Positions 48,481 to 58,674 of a DNA stretch of 64,000 nt are shown here, piece after piece; the stretch's first letter is position 1; the number at the start of each line of letters is the position of its first letter. The notes under the pieces are model-generated. The model was not told where the DNA came from and did no database searches. It worked only from the letters and a program-made list of their open reading frames with translations. The translations under genes and the position numbers were made by a program. This DNA is from Candidatus Melainabacteria bacterium 17Bon1m (GTDB lineage Bacteria > Cyanobacteriota > Vampirovibrionia > Obscuribacterales > Obscuribacteraceae), in contig JAVLKG010000005.1 in the NCBI GenBank assembly GCA_032128875.1, positions 352,001 through 416,000 on the forward strand. The letters are read 5' to 3'.

Positions 48481-49788
48481 TCATTCGGATAACTGCTTCA
48501 ACATTTGTCCCTGCAACTGCAAACTTCCGTGTGCAACCACAGTTTCGCCCGGACGCAGACCTTTCAAAATTTCCACGCTGCCACCGAGTCTCCTGCCTAC
48601 CTCTATCTTTCGTTCCTCGAAACGGTTATTACCGAGCACCACATACGCCACCGTCGCTTCACCCGTTTTTCGCACCGATTCGAAAGGAATCGAAAGCGCT
48701 TGGGTTTCTCCTATTTCAACGCGCATATTGGCAAACATCTCCGGCTTAAGAATAATCTGGGGATTTTGCACCGTAGCGCGCACCGGCATCGTACGTGAGT
48801 CCGTATCGAGCATGACGCCAGTATAATCGACTTTGCCAGGAAAAACCTTGTCAGGGTAGCTATTGACAGTTACGGCGACGCGCTGACCTTTCTTGATGTA
48901 GTGGATGTCTTTCTCAAACGCCTGCGCCGTGAGCCATACCTGCTTCAGGTCGGTAACGACGAAAATATTGTGCGCGTTGTCAATAAGCTGTCCGACGTCC
49001 GCATTTCTTTCGGTGATGATTCCATCGCGCGGAGAAAGCATATAGAAATCGTCGTCGATTTTTTTCTTCGCCAACACTCTATCAAGCTCGTCTTTTTCCA
49101 CTCCGTAGAGCCTTAGTCTCTCTCGAGCCGTCGTAATTAGTGCTTCGCGCTTGTCTTTCAATGTTTCAAGCGCTACTTGAGCTTTTTGATATTCGTTTTC
49201 TGCCGAGTCGAGATCGGCTCTGGCACTTATTCCTTCGCTAAATAATTGTTTGTGTCTTCCGTAGATTTTTTCTGTCAAAGCAAGCTGAAAACGCGCCTGA
49301 TCTATATCCGCTTCGAAATCAAGGACATTCTTCAACAGCTCCGCTTCGATTTGAGCGATGTCGTCGCTTCTGATGAAGGCTAGTTTTTGACCTTCTTTGA
49401 CTACGTCGCCGAGCTGCACAAAGCACTTCTCTATGCGCCCCGGTACGAGCGAAATAACAGGCGTTGTTATGTTTGCATCAGGCTCGACCTGTCCGGTCAG
49501 GCAAACTTCTTTGATCATCTTATGTTGCTGAACGACTTCAGTGGTCAAATGTATTTCGTTCATTTGATCCGGCCTTATTGTCACGTAGCCGGTTGATGGA
49601 ACGCTGTCGTCCATATCGACTTCGCCTTTGTGAGGCTGTTTGAGGCTGGAGACCATAGCGCTTTGTGCACCGTGATCGCAGCCTGTGATAAGAAATGGCA
49701 GCACGAGCATGCCGAGAGCCATGAGCGGCGAGACCAGGGATGCTTGATTCGAAAATCGTCTGGTTTCGATCTTCATTGATGTACTCAT
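48481..49788 (-). CDS. RND efflux periplasmic adaptor
   Basis: Lipobox-like ITGC, PGRIEK...GDVVKEGQ, SPRDG, LKPEMFA. Confidence 0.92.
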   Translation of the reverse strand: MSTSMKIETRRFSNQASLVSPLMALGMLVLPFLITGCDHGAQSAMVSSLKQPHKGEVDMDDSVPSTGYVTIRPDQMNEIHLTTEVVQQHKMIKEVCLTGQVEPDANITTPVISLVPGRIEKCFVQLGDVVKEGQKLAFIRSDDIAQIEAELLKNVLDFEADIDQARFQLALTEKIYGRHKQLFSEGISARADLDSAENEYQKAQVALETLKDKREALITTARERLRLYGVEKDELDRVLAKKKIDDDFYMLSPRDGIITERNADVGQLIDNAHNIFVVTDLKQVWLTAQAFEKDIHYIKKGQRVAVTVNSYPDKVFPGKVDYTGVMLDTDSRTMPVRATVQNPQIILKPEMFANMRVEIGETQALSIPFESVRKTGEATVAYVVLGNNRFEERKIEVGRRLGGSVEILKGLRPGETVVAHGSLQLQGQMLKQLSE

Positions 49789-52700
49789 ACTTCCTTTGCG
49801 GGCGGCTCTTTGCGCCGTTGTGTAGATTCGACCTTGCTTGAAGTACCAATCTGACCGGGTCTGGTGGCTCTAGGTTGGAATTTTATGTATAAAACAGGTA
49901 AGACGTAAAGGGTGAGAAGAGTACAAGATACCAAACCGCCAATTATGACTATAGCGAATGGTTTTTGAGTCTGCGATCCGATTTCATTGGAAAGAGCTGC
50001 CGGCAAGAGCCCTGCTGCGGCAATTACAGCGGTCATCAATACGGGTCTCAAACGGATCAGAGCGCCTTTATAAACAGCTTCTTCAATGGGCAGACCCTCC
50101 TGCCTCAGTTCGTTAACGAATGACACAAGCAGAATGCCGTTTTTCACCGCTAATCCGAACAAGGCAATGAAGCCGACACCGGCAGAAATTGAGAAGTATG
50201 TTCCGGTCAAGTACATAGCCAAAATCGCGCCGATTGCTGCTAGAGGCACGACCGAGAACATCACCATCGCGCCACGGAAGGTTCCGCAAGACAAGTAGAG
50301 AATAGTTATGATGACGACGAGTGTGACGGGGACAACAATCGCCAACTGGTGCGAAGCTTCTTTCTGTCTTTGAAATTCGCCGCTCCACGAAACCCTGTAG
50401 CCCGGCGGAAAACTTACTTCCTTATTCACTCTTTGCTGCGCATCTTCCACTGCTGTTGCGAGATCTCGTCCGCGTACGTTGGCACGAATTGTAGCTAAGC
50501 GCGAACCCTGCTCTCGCCAGATTTGAGTCGCGCCGGAGATCTCCTTCAAGCTGGCAAATTGCGAAAGGGGTACCTTTTGACCATTGGGAGTATCTACGAA
50601 AATATTGCCTAGCGATTCTTCGGTAGAGCGATCCTCCTTCGCTAACCTGACCATGAGGTCAAACTTTCGCTCACCCTCAATTACCTTAGTAGCTGATGCG
50701 CCTGCGATGGCTATTTCAACCAATCTCTTCAAATCATCGACGTTCAATTGATAGCGCGCCGCTGCATCGCGATCGATTTCGATAGCGAACTGGGGCTGCC
50801 CTACGAGCGGGTCTACGATAACGTCGACGATGCCCGGCGTCCTATCCATGACGCCGCCTACTTTGTGGCCAAGCCCTTCCAGCATGTACAAGTCGGGTCC
50901 TGAAATCTTTGCAACAAGTGACCCCTGGACTCCGGAGAGCGCTTCGTCGACGGTAGTTTGAATGTATTGCGTGAAGTAATAACCGACGCCAGGTATCTCT
51001 TCGAGCTCCTTTTTCATGCTGGCAATCAGCTCGTCTTTCTTCTCGTGGAATTCTGGACGCCACTCTTTAGCGGGTTTCAGTCCAATGTAATATTCTTGGT
51101 CTGCGAACTTTGCCGGGTCTGTTCCGTCATCAGGACCGCCAGCTTGTGACAAAACCTGGGTCACTTCAGGGTATTTGAGTACGCGCTCGCGAATTTTTCT
51201 TGCCACCTTGACCGATTCGTCCAATGTGACAGAGCCAGGCTTTACGGTTGCTCGCAGCCAGATGTTGCCCTCTTCGAGGTGAGGCAAGAATTCGCTTCCC
51301 AAGTTGACAAACAGCAGGGCTGACCCTAAAAACGCTACGGTTGCAATGAAGATGACAAGCCCTTTGACCTTTAGCGCCCATTTTAGGGTCGGTTTATATA
51401 TCAGCAAGGAAAGGCTGATAAGCGGACTTGTGCGTTCTGTGACCGGTTTCTTGGTCAGTATAAGTGAGCAAAGAACTGGAACCAAAGTAAGTGCGACCAG
51501 CCCCGCGCCAATCAATGCACAGACCATTGTGGTAGCTAGCGGGCGAAACAGCTTGCCCTCGACGCCTTGAAAAGTGAAAATCGGCAGGAATGTTGCGACG
51601 ATGACTGCGATACCAAAAAGGATAGGTGCGCCTACTTCTCGGGCGGATTCGTTCAGAAGCATCAGCCGGTGATTTACAGATAAATCACGCCCTTCTTCCG
51701 ATAGTCTGCGGATAATGTTTTCCACCATGACCACAGAGCTGTCGACCAAGATGCCGAAGTCGATGGCACCAAGGCTGAGCAAGTTTGCCGGCACGCCAAA
51801 GAGATTCAAACATATGAAGGCGACCAGCATGGCCAGTGGAATTGGGATAGCTGTAATAATCGCTGCCGGGATATCCAGAAGGAAAAGGCAGAGCAGGACG
51901 ACAACCAGACCTATGCCAAATTGGATATTGGTGCTAATGGTTTTGATCGTTTGATTAATCAGGTCCATCCGGTCATAGAGGACTTCCATGTTGACGCCTG
52001 GTGGAAGCCGTTTCACTATTTCCGGCAGGCGTTCGTAAACTCTTTCCAATACTTGCGATGGGTTTTCTCCTCGTCGCAGAAGAATAATTCCTTCGACGAC
52101 GTCGTCTTCATGCCCTTTTCCAACCTGACCGCGTCGGACCAGCGAGCCGATTTTGACCTCTGCGACGTCTCTGATTCGAATCGGCGTTCCCTTTTTGTCC
52201 GCACTCACAACTACCGATTCAATATCACCGATATCTTCGAGCAGTCCGAGTTCTCGCACGATCAGAGCCGTCCCGCTCTTTTCTATAAAGCCACCACCCG
52301 AGGTGGCGTTTGCTTTGGTCAGGCTGTCGAAAACTTGTTGCAGCGTGATGCCATAAGACTTAAGGGCGTACTGATTGACGTTGACTTCATAGGCCTTTGT
52401 AGGTCCGCCTTCACTGATGACTCCAATGACTCCCGGGATTTGACGGAAAAGTTTTTCCATCTCCCACTGTTGCATCGAGCGCAAGCCCATAGCTGAGTAA
52501 TAGGGGCTGTGTAAGCAATAACGAAAAATTTCCCTGAGTGATCCGACGTCAGGTTCCAAATGTGGGTGGCAATCTGACGGAATATCCGCCTGCTCCAGTC
52601 GTTCCAGCACTTGCTGGCGGGCCAATGTGGTTGGAGTTGCTTCCGTAAAGGTTGTGGTTACAACCGATAATCCGTAGAGCGATAAGGAGCGCAAGCTTGT

Positions 52701-52946
52701 CTGTCCCGGGATGCCGTTCAGCTCTTTTTCCAGCGGAACGGTAACAATGCGCTCCATTTCTTCAGCGCCCTTGCCCGGATAGAGTGTAATTACCCGAACC
52801 TGAGGGTTGGTCAGTTCAGGATAAGCTTCCAGAGGCAGCATCTTTACTGCCACAAGTCCGGCGATTATGACGAGAATTGTCGCGACAAGCGTCAGGTAAC
52901 GCCCCTTAAGGGCGCTGTTGATTAGTTTGTCGATCCAGGAATTCAT
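49785..52946 (-). CDS. CzcA/CusA-family RND permease (third, more distant copy)
   Basis: LPLEAYPE, GAIDFGILVDSSVVMVEN, GGPDDGTDP, RLRPVLMTA. Confidence 0.95.
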   Translation of the reverse strand: MNSWIDKLINSALKGRYLTLVATILVIIAGLVAVKMLPLEAYPELTNPQVRVITLYPGKGAEEMERIVTVPLEKELNGIPGQTSLRSLSLYGLSVVTTTFTEATPTTLARQQVLERLEQADIPSDCHPHLEPDVGSLREIFRYCLHSPYYSAMGLRSMQQWEMEKLFRQIPGVIGVISEGGPTKAYEVNVNQYALKSYGITLQQVFDSLTKANATSGGGFIEKSGTALIVRELGLLEDIGDIESVVVSADKKGTPIRIRDVAEVKIGSLVRRGQVGKGHEDDVVEGIILLRRGENPSQVLERVYERLPEIVKRLPPGVNMEVLYDRMDLINQTIKTISTNIQFGIGLVVVLLCLFLLDIPAAIITAIPIPLAMLVAFICLNLFGVPANLLSLGAIDFGILVDSSVVMVENIIRRLSEEGRDLSVNHRLMLLNESAREVGAPILFGIAVIVATFLPIFTFQGVEGKLFRPLATTMVCALIGAGLVALTLVPVLCSLILTKKPVTERTSPLISLSLLIYKPTLKWALKVKGLVIFIATVAFLGSALLFVNLGSEFLPHLEEGNIWLRATVKPGSVTLDESVKVARKIRERVLKYPEVTQVLSQAGGPDDGTDPAKFADQEYYIGLKPAKEWRPEFHEKKDELIASMKKELEEIPGVGYYFTQYIQTTVDEALSGVQGSLVAKISGPDLYMLEGLGHKVGGVMDRTPGIVDVIVDPLVGQPQFAIEIDRDAAARYQLNVDDLKRLVEIAIAGASATKVIEGERKFDLMVRLAKEDRSTEESLGNIFVDTPNGQKVPLSQFASLKEISGATQIWREQGSRLATIRANVRGRDLATAVEDAQQRVNKEVSFPPGYRVSWSGEFQRQKEASHQLAIVVPVTLVVIITILYLSCGTFRGAMVMFSVVPLAAIGAILAMYLTGTYFSISAGVGFIALFGLAVKNGILLVSFVNELRQEGLPIEEAVYKGALIRLRPVLMTAVIAAAGLLPAALSNEIGSQTQKPFAIVIIGGLVSCTLLTLYVLPVLYIKFQPRATRPGQIGTSSKVESTQRRKEPPAKEV

Positions 52947-53074
52947 CCGGATATGTCGCGCTCGGAAATGTCTCTCTAAATAGTAGCGAGTCTTCTATAT
53001 AAAACGCATTGATAATCTCTTGATTGTCATTAGACGTTAAAAGTGTAAGAATCCCCTCTCGCCTGTTTTTGTGA

Positions 53075-54010
53075 GTGCATTGCTTGATGCTGGAAGTCAA
53101 GAAGATTCGTGATTTGATGATGAATAAAGGCGATCTGGGTGTCGCTTATGTTTCTGCCGCCAGTGGCATTGCCATAGTAGGCAAGTATGCCTATGTCGTT
53201 GCCGATGACCAGATGTGTCTTGCTTGTTTCGATTTTGACGCCGGCACACCTGGCGACTGGATAAGGCTTTTCAGCGGCGAATTGCCCCATGAGCACATGG
53301 CGCGCAAGGCAAAGAAGCCCGATCTCGAGGCGATTTGTGTTTTGCCGCCAAGCAAGTATGCTCAGCAAGGCGCACTGCTGGTGGTGCCTTCAGGATCAAA
53401 GGAATGGCGGAGTAAAGGTTGTCTTTTGCCGGTTGATGCGAATGGTAAGATCGCCGGAGAGCTTTTGCCACTGAGCTTTTCTGGACTTTTCAGTTTTTTG
53501 GGAACTAAAGTAAGAAAACTCAATATTGAAGGCGTTGCGGTTTTGGGCGAAAAACTATTATTAGCCAATCGAGGCAATTCGAAAAATGGCGACAATGCTG
53601 TCATTGTCTTGAGTCTAAACGACTTTTTGTATCAGGCTTATGACACCCATGAGATTAATAGTCAGTCGTTTTTGGCTGTCCACCATAAAGAATTAGGCAA
53701 GGTAAACGGTGTTGCGCTTTCTTTTACAGATCTTTGCGTCTTTCCTGGTGATCGCATCATTTATTGCGCTGCAGCTGAAGCAACGAATGACGACTATGTA
53801 GATGGCGCATGTGCCGGTTCGGCAATTGCCATTGGTGACGGAACGTTTCAAGATTTGCAGATGCAGATTTTGAATACCCGCCTTAAGGTCGAGGGTGTGT
53901 ACGCTCGTTCTGTCCACAATCAGCCGGGTCTTGCGGAATTAATTCTTGTAACGGATGGTGACGCAGATTCCTCGATAGGCGGAATGCTTTCTACTTTCGT
54001 TACTTTATAA
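53075..54010 (+). CDS. Conserved hypothetical protein, probable beta-propeller (DUF6929-like)
   Basis: SAASG...YVVADD, KPDLEA, LNIEG, KVEG, TDGD repeated acidic blade motifs. The family label is from recall only. Confidence 0.6.
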   Translation: MHCLMLEVKKIRDLMMNKGDLGVAYVSAASGIAIVGKYAYVVADDQMCLACFDFDAGTPGDWIRLFSGELPHEHMARKAKKPDLEAICVLPPSKYAQQGALLVVPSGSKEWRSKGCLLPVDANGKIAGELLPLSFSGLFSFLGTKVRKLNIEGVAVLGEKLLLANRGNSKNGDNAVIVLSLNDFLYQAYDTHEINSQSFLAVHHKELGKVNGVALSFTDLCVFPGDRIIYCAAAEATNDDYVDGACAGSAIAIGDGTFQDLQMQILNTRLKVEGVYARSVHNQPGLAELILVTDGDADSSIGGMLSTFVTL

Positions 54011-54119
54011 ATCGTGAAATATGGCTTGGTGACGGGCGCTAGGCATAACGTTGTCGGTTAGACTGTGCTGGCTTGAGTTATGCACTTAAGTTCATGTGCC
54101 ACGCCCTGGGAGGCTTTTA

Positions 54120-55448
54120 ATGGTCGCGACCACGCCGGTTAGAGCAAATGCAAAACTACTGCGCATTATTCGTCTGCGCGTTACAGACAAGCCGGGCTTC
54201 CTCGGCAAGATTGCCACGCTTCTGGGTGAGCTGGACGCGAATATCGGTGAAATCACTATCGTTACCCAGGGGCACGACTTCATCATCCGCGAATTCAGTT
54301 TGCAAATCGATGATGACACCCATCTACAATGCATCCTCGAAGGACTTAAGGTTCTCGAAGGTGTGCAGGTAGAAGCCGTTATCGATCCGGTGCAACATAT
54401 ACACGAGGGCGGCAAGATTGAGATGCGTAGCCGTGTAAAGCTCGACAGCGTCGGCGAGATGCACAAAATTTATACGCCGGGCGTCGCGCAAATTTGCAAG
54501 CTGATCGAGAAAGAACCGCAGGCAAGCAAGCTTTACACCTCTATTTCGAATACTGTCGCAGTCGTGACAAATGGAACCGCCATCCTTGGACTGGGTAACA
54601 TCGGAGCCGTTGCCGGCATGCCGGTGATGGAAGGAAAGTCTGTGCTGTACCAACAGCTGGTCGGCATCAGTGCGGTGCCTATACTTTTGAATTCCACAGA
54701 TATTGATGTAATCGTAAATACGGTCGCAGAAATTGCTCCGACTTTCGCAGCGATTCACTTAGAAGATATTGCAGCTCCCGAATGTTTTGCCATAGAAGAG
54801 CAATTGCAAAAACGTCTGAACATCCCTGTTCTGCACGATGACCAGCATGCTACCGCCGTCGTCGTACTCGGCGCATTAATGACAGTTACTCAAAGGACAG
54901 GCATCGATTTGGGCACTGCAAAAGTAGGCATCATCGGGCTCGGTGCTGCCGGTTTTGGCATCGCTAGTTTGCTGAAAGCCTTTGGTGTCCGTGAAATTTT
55001 GGGTACCGACCTTAAGAAAGAAGCGATGGAGAGGCTCAAGAAAGCCGGCGGAAAACCGGTTGACCTCAGTGCTCTGATGGACGATTCAGATGTGGTCGTT
55101 GCCACGACGGGCGTTCCTGGCTTAATCAAACCTGAGATGGTGAAGAAAGGGCAGGTGATTTTGGCGCTTTCAAATCCTGATCCCGAAATCGATCCTGAGC
55201 TTGCCATCAAATGTGGTGCCGAGTTTGCAGCCGATGGAAGAACGATTAATAATGCACTCGCCTTCCCTGGCTTGTTCCGCGGTGCTCTAAAAATTGGCGC
55301 AACTCACTTTACTGATGCGATGAAGATTGCCGCTGCGCATGCCATCGCAGGACAGACAAAAATGGATTCGCTCGTGCCTAGTATCTTGGATAAAGATACT
55401 CACCAGGCGGTTGCAGAAGCGGTTATGCAGGCGTGGTTGGACGGCTAG
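54120..55448 (+). CDS. NAD(P)-dependent malic enzyme with N-terminal ACT domain
   Basis: DKPGFLG ACT motif, YTPGVA, PVMEGK, LEDIAAPECF, HDDQH, GLGAAG, ALSNPDPEI, NNALAFPG. Confidence 0.93.
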   Translation: MVATTPVRANAKLLRIIRLRVTDKPGFLGKIATLLGELDANIGEITIVTQGHDFIIREFSLQIDDDTHLQCILEGLKVLEGVQVEAVIDPVQHIHEGGKIEMRSRVKLDSVGEMHKIYTPGVAQICKLIEKEPQASKLYTSISNTVAVVTNGTAILGLGNIGAVAGMPVMEGKSVLYQQLVGISAVPILLNSTDIDVIVNTVAEIAPTFAAIHLEDIAAPECFAIEEQLQKRLNIPVLHDDQHATAVVVLGALMTVTQRTGIDLGTAKVGIIGLGAAGFGIASLLKAFGVREILGTDLKKEAMERLKKAGGKPVDLSALMDDSDVVVATTGVPGLIKPEMVKKGQVILALSNPDPEIDPELAIKCGAEFAADGRTINNALAFPGLFRGALKIGATHFTDAMKIAAAHAIAGQTKMDSLVPSILDKDTHQAVAEAVMQAWLDG

Positions 55449-56698
55449 CTCGGCGCGAAAACGATTCTTAGCAGTTGAAGAAAGAATAGAATCGACACGG
55501 CAGTCACAATGATCGCAATGATTGATTGTACGAACCATGCGGGCAATTTCTGTGGTTCGTCCGTTTTTTCTAATTTGTTCTCAGGCATTGCTGCGGGCAT
55601 TGCCTCTTCTGCGATCTCTGCCGGTGCAGCTTTAGTTTCACTCGGCGCTCTGGTTTTGATTGGCTCTTCTTTTGTTTTCAGAGCTCTCAACTTTGTCCCG
55701 AGTACATCTCGCATTTCGGTTGCGTTTTCAAATCTCTCTTCGGGATTTTTTGCCAGCCCGCGCATTATCAACGCTTCCAGGTTAGCTCCTTCAATGCCGC
55801 TTAGATTGAGCGGAGCCGGGGCGGATGAGCGATGCATGCTCATCGTTTGTACTGGCGTTTCGCCATGAAAAGGTGGTCTGCCACTTAGACATTCGTACAT
55901 CGTGCAGCATGAAGAATAAACGTCGGAGCGTGCATCCGTAGGTTTTCCTTCGCACTGCTCAGGGCTCATGTAGAGTGGGCTTCCAAACACCATTCCTTTC
56001 GCGGTAAGTCGTTGAATTTCTTCTGCGGTTGCAATGCGCTGGGCAATTCCAAAGTCGACTAACTTGATCTGTTCGGTGCCGTCTGCGCCTTTCGTCACGA
56101 TTATATTGCTAGGCTTGATGTCTCTGTGAATAATGCCGAGTTGGTGCGCGACCGACAATGCACTCGATAATTGAATGAATATTGACTTTGTTCTTTCTAT
56201 CGTCAGTGTATGTTCTGAGCCGATGATGTCTGCCAGGCTCTGACCTTCGACATATTCCATTACGTAATACGGGCAACCGTTGTCCGTTATTCCGATGTCG
56301 GAAACCGCAATTAGGTTAGGGTGCTTGAGCGCAGCCACCGAGCCGATTTCGCGCATGAATCGGTAGACGCTTTCTTTCTTCTCGGCAAGAACCTTGGAAA
56401 GAACCTTAATAGCGACCGGCTGGTTGGTCTTTTCGTTTTTGCCTTTATAAACTTCGCCCATGCCGCCTTTGGCGATGAGCGAAACTATGCGATAGCGTCC
56501 ATACAGCAATTCGCCGACAAATGCTTTGCCTGATTTTGCGGGCAAATAGGCAACATCGTCATCATCTTCTAATTCTGGATGACCGGGATTCTGTATTTCG
56601 GAAGTTTCGCCTTGATCAGAAACCGCCTGCGGCTCGATCGAGTTCGTCAGGTCAGTTACAGGCTCGTCACCGTGATTTTCAGTCATTGAGGATAACAA
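55445..56698 (-). CDS. Hanks-type Ser/Thr protein kinase with C-terminal TM helix
   Basis: KGGMGEVY, VAIK, HRDIKPSN, DFG, YMSPEQ. Confidence 0.95.
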   Translation of the reverse strand: MLSSMTENHGDEPVTDLTNSIEPQAVSDQGETSEIQNPGHPELEDDDDVAYLPAKSGKAFVGELLYGRYRIVSLIAKGGMGEVYKGKNEKTNQPVAIKVLSKVLAEKKESVYRFMREIGSVAALKHPNLIAVSDIGITDNGCPYYVMEYVEGQSLADIIGSEHTLTIERTKSIFIQLSSALSVAHQLGIIHRDIKPSNIIVTKGADGTEQIKLVDFGIAQRIATAEEIQRLTAKGMVFGSPLYMSPEQCEGKPTDARSDVYSSCCTMYECLSGRPPFHGETPVQTMSMHRSSAPAPLNLSGIEGANLEALIMRGLAKNPEERFENATEMRDVLGTKLRALKTKEEPIKTRAPSETKAAPAEIAEEAMPAAMPENKLEKTDEPQKLPAWFVQSIIAIIVTAVSILFFLQLLRIVFAPS

Positions 56699-56727
56699 TA
56701 TCGCCTGAAATGAGTTACGGATACTCT

Positions 56728-57024
56728 TTAACTAAAGAGCGGCGCGTTCGGATTGCAAGCGAATAGATAGTTGAAAATCGGTGTGAGGGCGATGGCGAAA
56801 ACCATCAACAAGATTCCAATCACCATTTTTTTTGAAATTCTCGAAGCCGATTTGTCGCTGAAAGATTTCGCTAAGAGCACAGCGCCGGCAACAAATAGAA
56901 CTGCTGAAGTACCTAGCAGGCAATAGTCGAGTCCGCTGAGCTTGGCGTCACGCACTGTTCCGGCGGTCTGAGCAATCAATTTAATTGCCTCAGTATCCGC
57001 GCAGGTGGAGCTTTTGTTGCTCAT
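56728..57024 (-). CDS. Small two-TM membrane protein
   Basis: Two hydrophobic segments; co-oriented between rfbC and the kinase. Confidence 0.6.
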   Translation of the reverse strand: MSNKSSTCADTEAIKLIAQTAGTVRDAKLSGLDYCLLGTSAVLFVAGAVLLAKSFSDKSASRISKKMVIGILLMVFAIALTPIFNYLFACNPNAPLFS

Positions 57025-57034
57025 GAATCAGGCT

Positions 57035-57613
57035 CTAGCCTTTTTTGATTTCCCAGAAATCACTGCCGAGGGCGTCCCACGGAAGTCTGTGTTCATCCGG
57101 TTCGTCGGGATTGAAGCATTGATTGACGAAATAAATCATGCTCGCTGGCTTTTGCCAAACATTAGCCAAGCCGTGAGCGACTCCGCGCGGAATATAGAGA
57201 GCTTGAGCGCGACCGGCGCCGAGAACAAAGCGCATTGTCTTGTTGTATGTCGGCGAATCTTTGCGGGCATCGAACAAGCCAACGAGTACTCTGTCCGTCG
57301 GAATGACGAACCAGACGTCTTCCTGGTTGTAATGGAGGTGGAAAGCTTTGATCGTTCCCGGAAGCATTTGCGAGAACGTGCTTTGCTTGACTTTGAAATT
57401 CGGCAAGATTTGCAGATTGCCGCTGTCATCCAAGCGGACGATTTCGGCGAGTTGACCGCCGTCGTCGACGAACATATTCAAATTGATGAGCTGCACACCA
57501 TCAATCGGTGTTTTCTTCGTGTAGTCCTGTACGGACAGATCTGACACGTAGTCTTTGCCAATGGCGTCTTTTGTTAGCGGTTTGAGCATGTCGTTGGATG
57601 AGATCGTATTCAT
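57035..57613 (-). CDS. rfbC: dTDP-4-dehydrorhamnose 3,5-epimerase family protein
   Basis: PGTIKAFHLH, DARKDSPT, YIPRGVAHG cupin motifs; located in the rfb cluster. Confidence 0.85.
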   Translation of the reverse strand: MNTISSNDMLKPLTKDAIGKDYVSDLSVQDYTKKTPIDGVQLINLNMFVDDGGQLAEIVRLDDSGNLQILPNFKVKQSTFSQMLPGTIKAFHLHYNQEDVWFVIPTDRVLVGLFDARKDSPTYNKTMRFVLGAGRAQALYIPRGVAHGLANVWQKPASMIYFVNQCFNPDEPDEHRLPWDALGSDFWEIKKG

Positions 57614-57798
57614 GTGTATTGCGGTTAGCTGGTCTGCACCTTGCTTCTGCAAGATGCCCACGGTTGGTCTTATAAACCACCGCTGCATAGAATAGCATGT
57701 AGAGCCGAGAAGCTCCAATGGCGCGGGTTAATCGGCAAATCGGTGTTTACAAGCTGTTGGCTGCACGAGTCTTGCGCTGGAAAGCTCAAATATTGCTG

Positions 57799-58644
57799 CT
57801 ATACGGGCTGTTTCTTCAGATCTAAATAAGCCCGCAAAGATTCTTTCCACGGCTGCAGCTCGCGACCAATAGTGTTGACCGTAGTTGTTTTGTCCAAAAC
57901 CGAATATTTAGGCCGAGTGGCTGGGCGCGGCATGTCCTTTGTTTCAATAGGAATGACCTTCACCGGCAGACCCGCGACAATTTCTTTGGCGAACTCGTAC
58001 CAGCTTGTCACTCCGTCATCGCAGACATGATAAATGCCCCAACGTTCGGTAACGATCAAATCGGCGATAGTTTCCGAGAGGCTGAGCGTACAGGTGGGTG
58101 TGCCGATTTGGTCGCTGACAACGCGCAAGGTATCTTTTTCTTGGGCCATTGAATGGATCGTATCGACAAAGTTGCGTCCATTAGGACCATACAGCCAGCT
58201 CGTACGCACGATGTAGAAGCGAGTCAGGTGACGCTGTACTGCCTTCTCGCCGGCCAATTTCGATTTGCCGTAGACAGAAAGCGGTCTGGTTCTGTCCCAG
58301 GTCGTGTAGGGAGTGTTTTGCTCGCCATCGAAAACGTAATCGGAACTGACATACAGCATTGGGATATTGTGCTTGGCGCAGGCGACGGCAATGTTTTCCG
58401 TGCCGTATCCATTGATTAAATAAGCCAGCCCGGGCTCGGATTCAGCCTGGTCGACTTTTGTATAAGCCGCACAGTGAACGACCAGGTCAGGCTTTTCGGT
58501 GCCGATCGTATCGAGAACTTGGGTGTAGTGGGTGACGTCCAGTTTTTCTTTTGGCAGGTCAATAACCTGGTGATCTCTTGCTTCGAGGCAAGGCACGAGC
58601 GCTTGCCCGAGCATGCCACCGGCGCCGGTGACCATCAGTTTCAT
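57799..58644 (-). CDS. rfbD: dTDP-4-dehydrorhamnose reductase
   Basis: TGAGGMLG, AAYTKVDQAE, SSDYVFDG, YGKSK, DQIGTPT. Confidence 0.95.
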   Translation of the reverse strand: MKLMVTGAGGMLGQALVPCLEARDHQVIDLPKEKLDVTHYTQVLDTIGTEKPDLVVHCAAYTKVDQAESEPGLAYLINGYGTENIAVACAKHNIPMLYVSSDYVFDGEQNTPYTTWDRTRPLSVYGKSKLAGEKAVQRHLTRFYIVRTSWLYGPNGRNFVDTIHSMAQEKDTLRVVSDQIGTPTCTLSLSETIADLIVTERWGIYHVCDDGVTSWYEFAKEIVAGLPVKVIPIETKDMPRPATRPKYSVLDKTTTVNTIGRELQPWKESLRAYLDLKKQPV

Positions 58645-58674
58645 AATTTCTATCTAGCTCCGTATTGCGTGAGT

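Noticed and set aside
53008-53032. TGATAATC...ATTGTCA possible Fur/Zur site upstream of the third czcA
   Set aside because: The half-site spacing does not match a 7-1-7 box.
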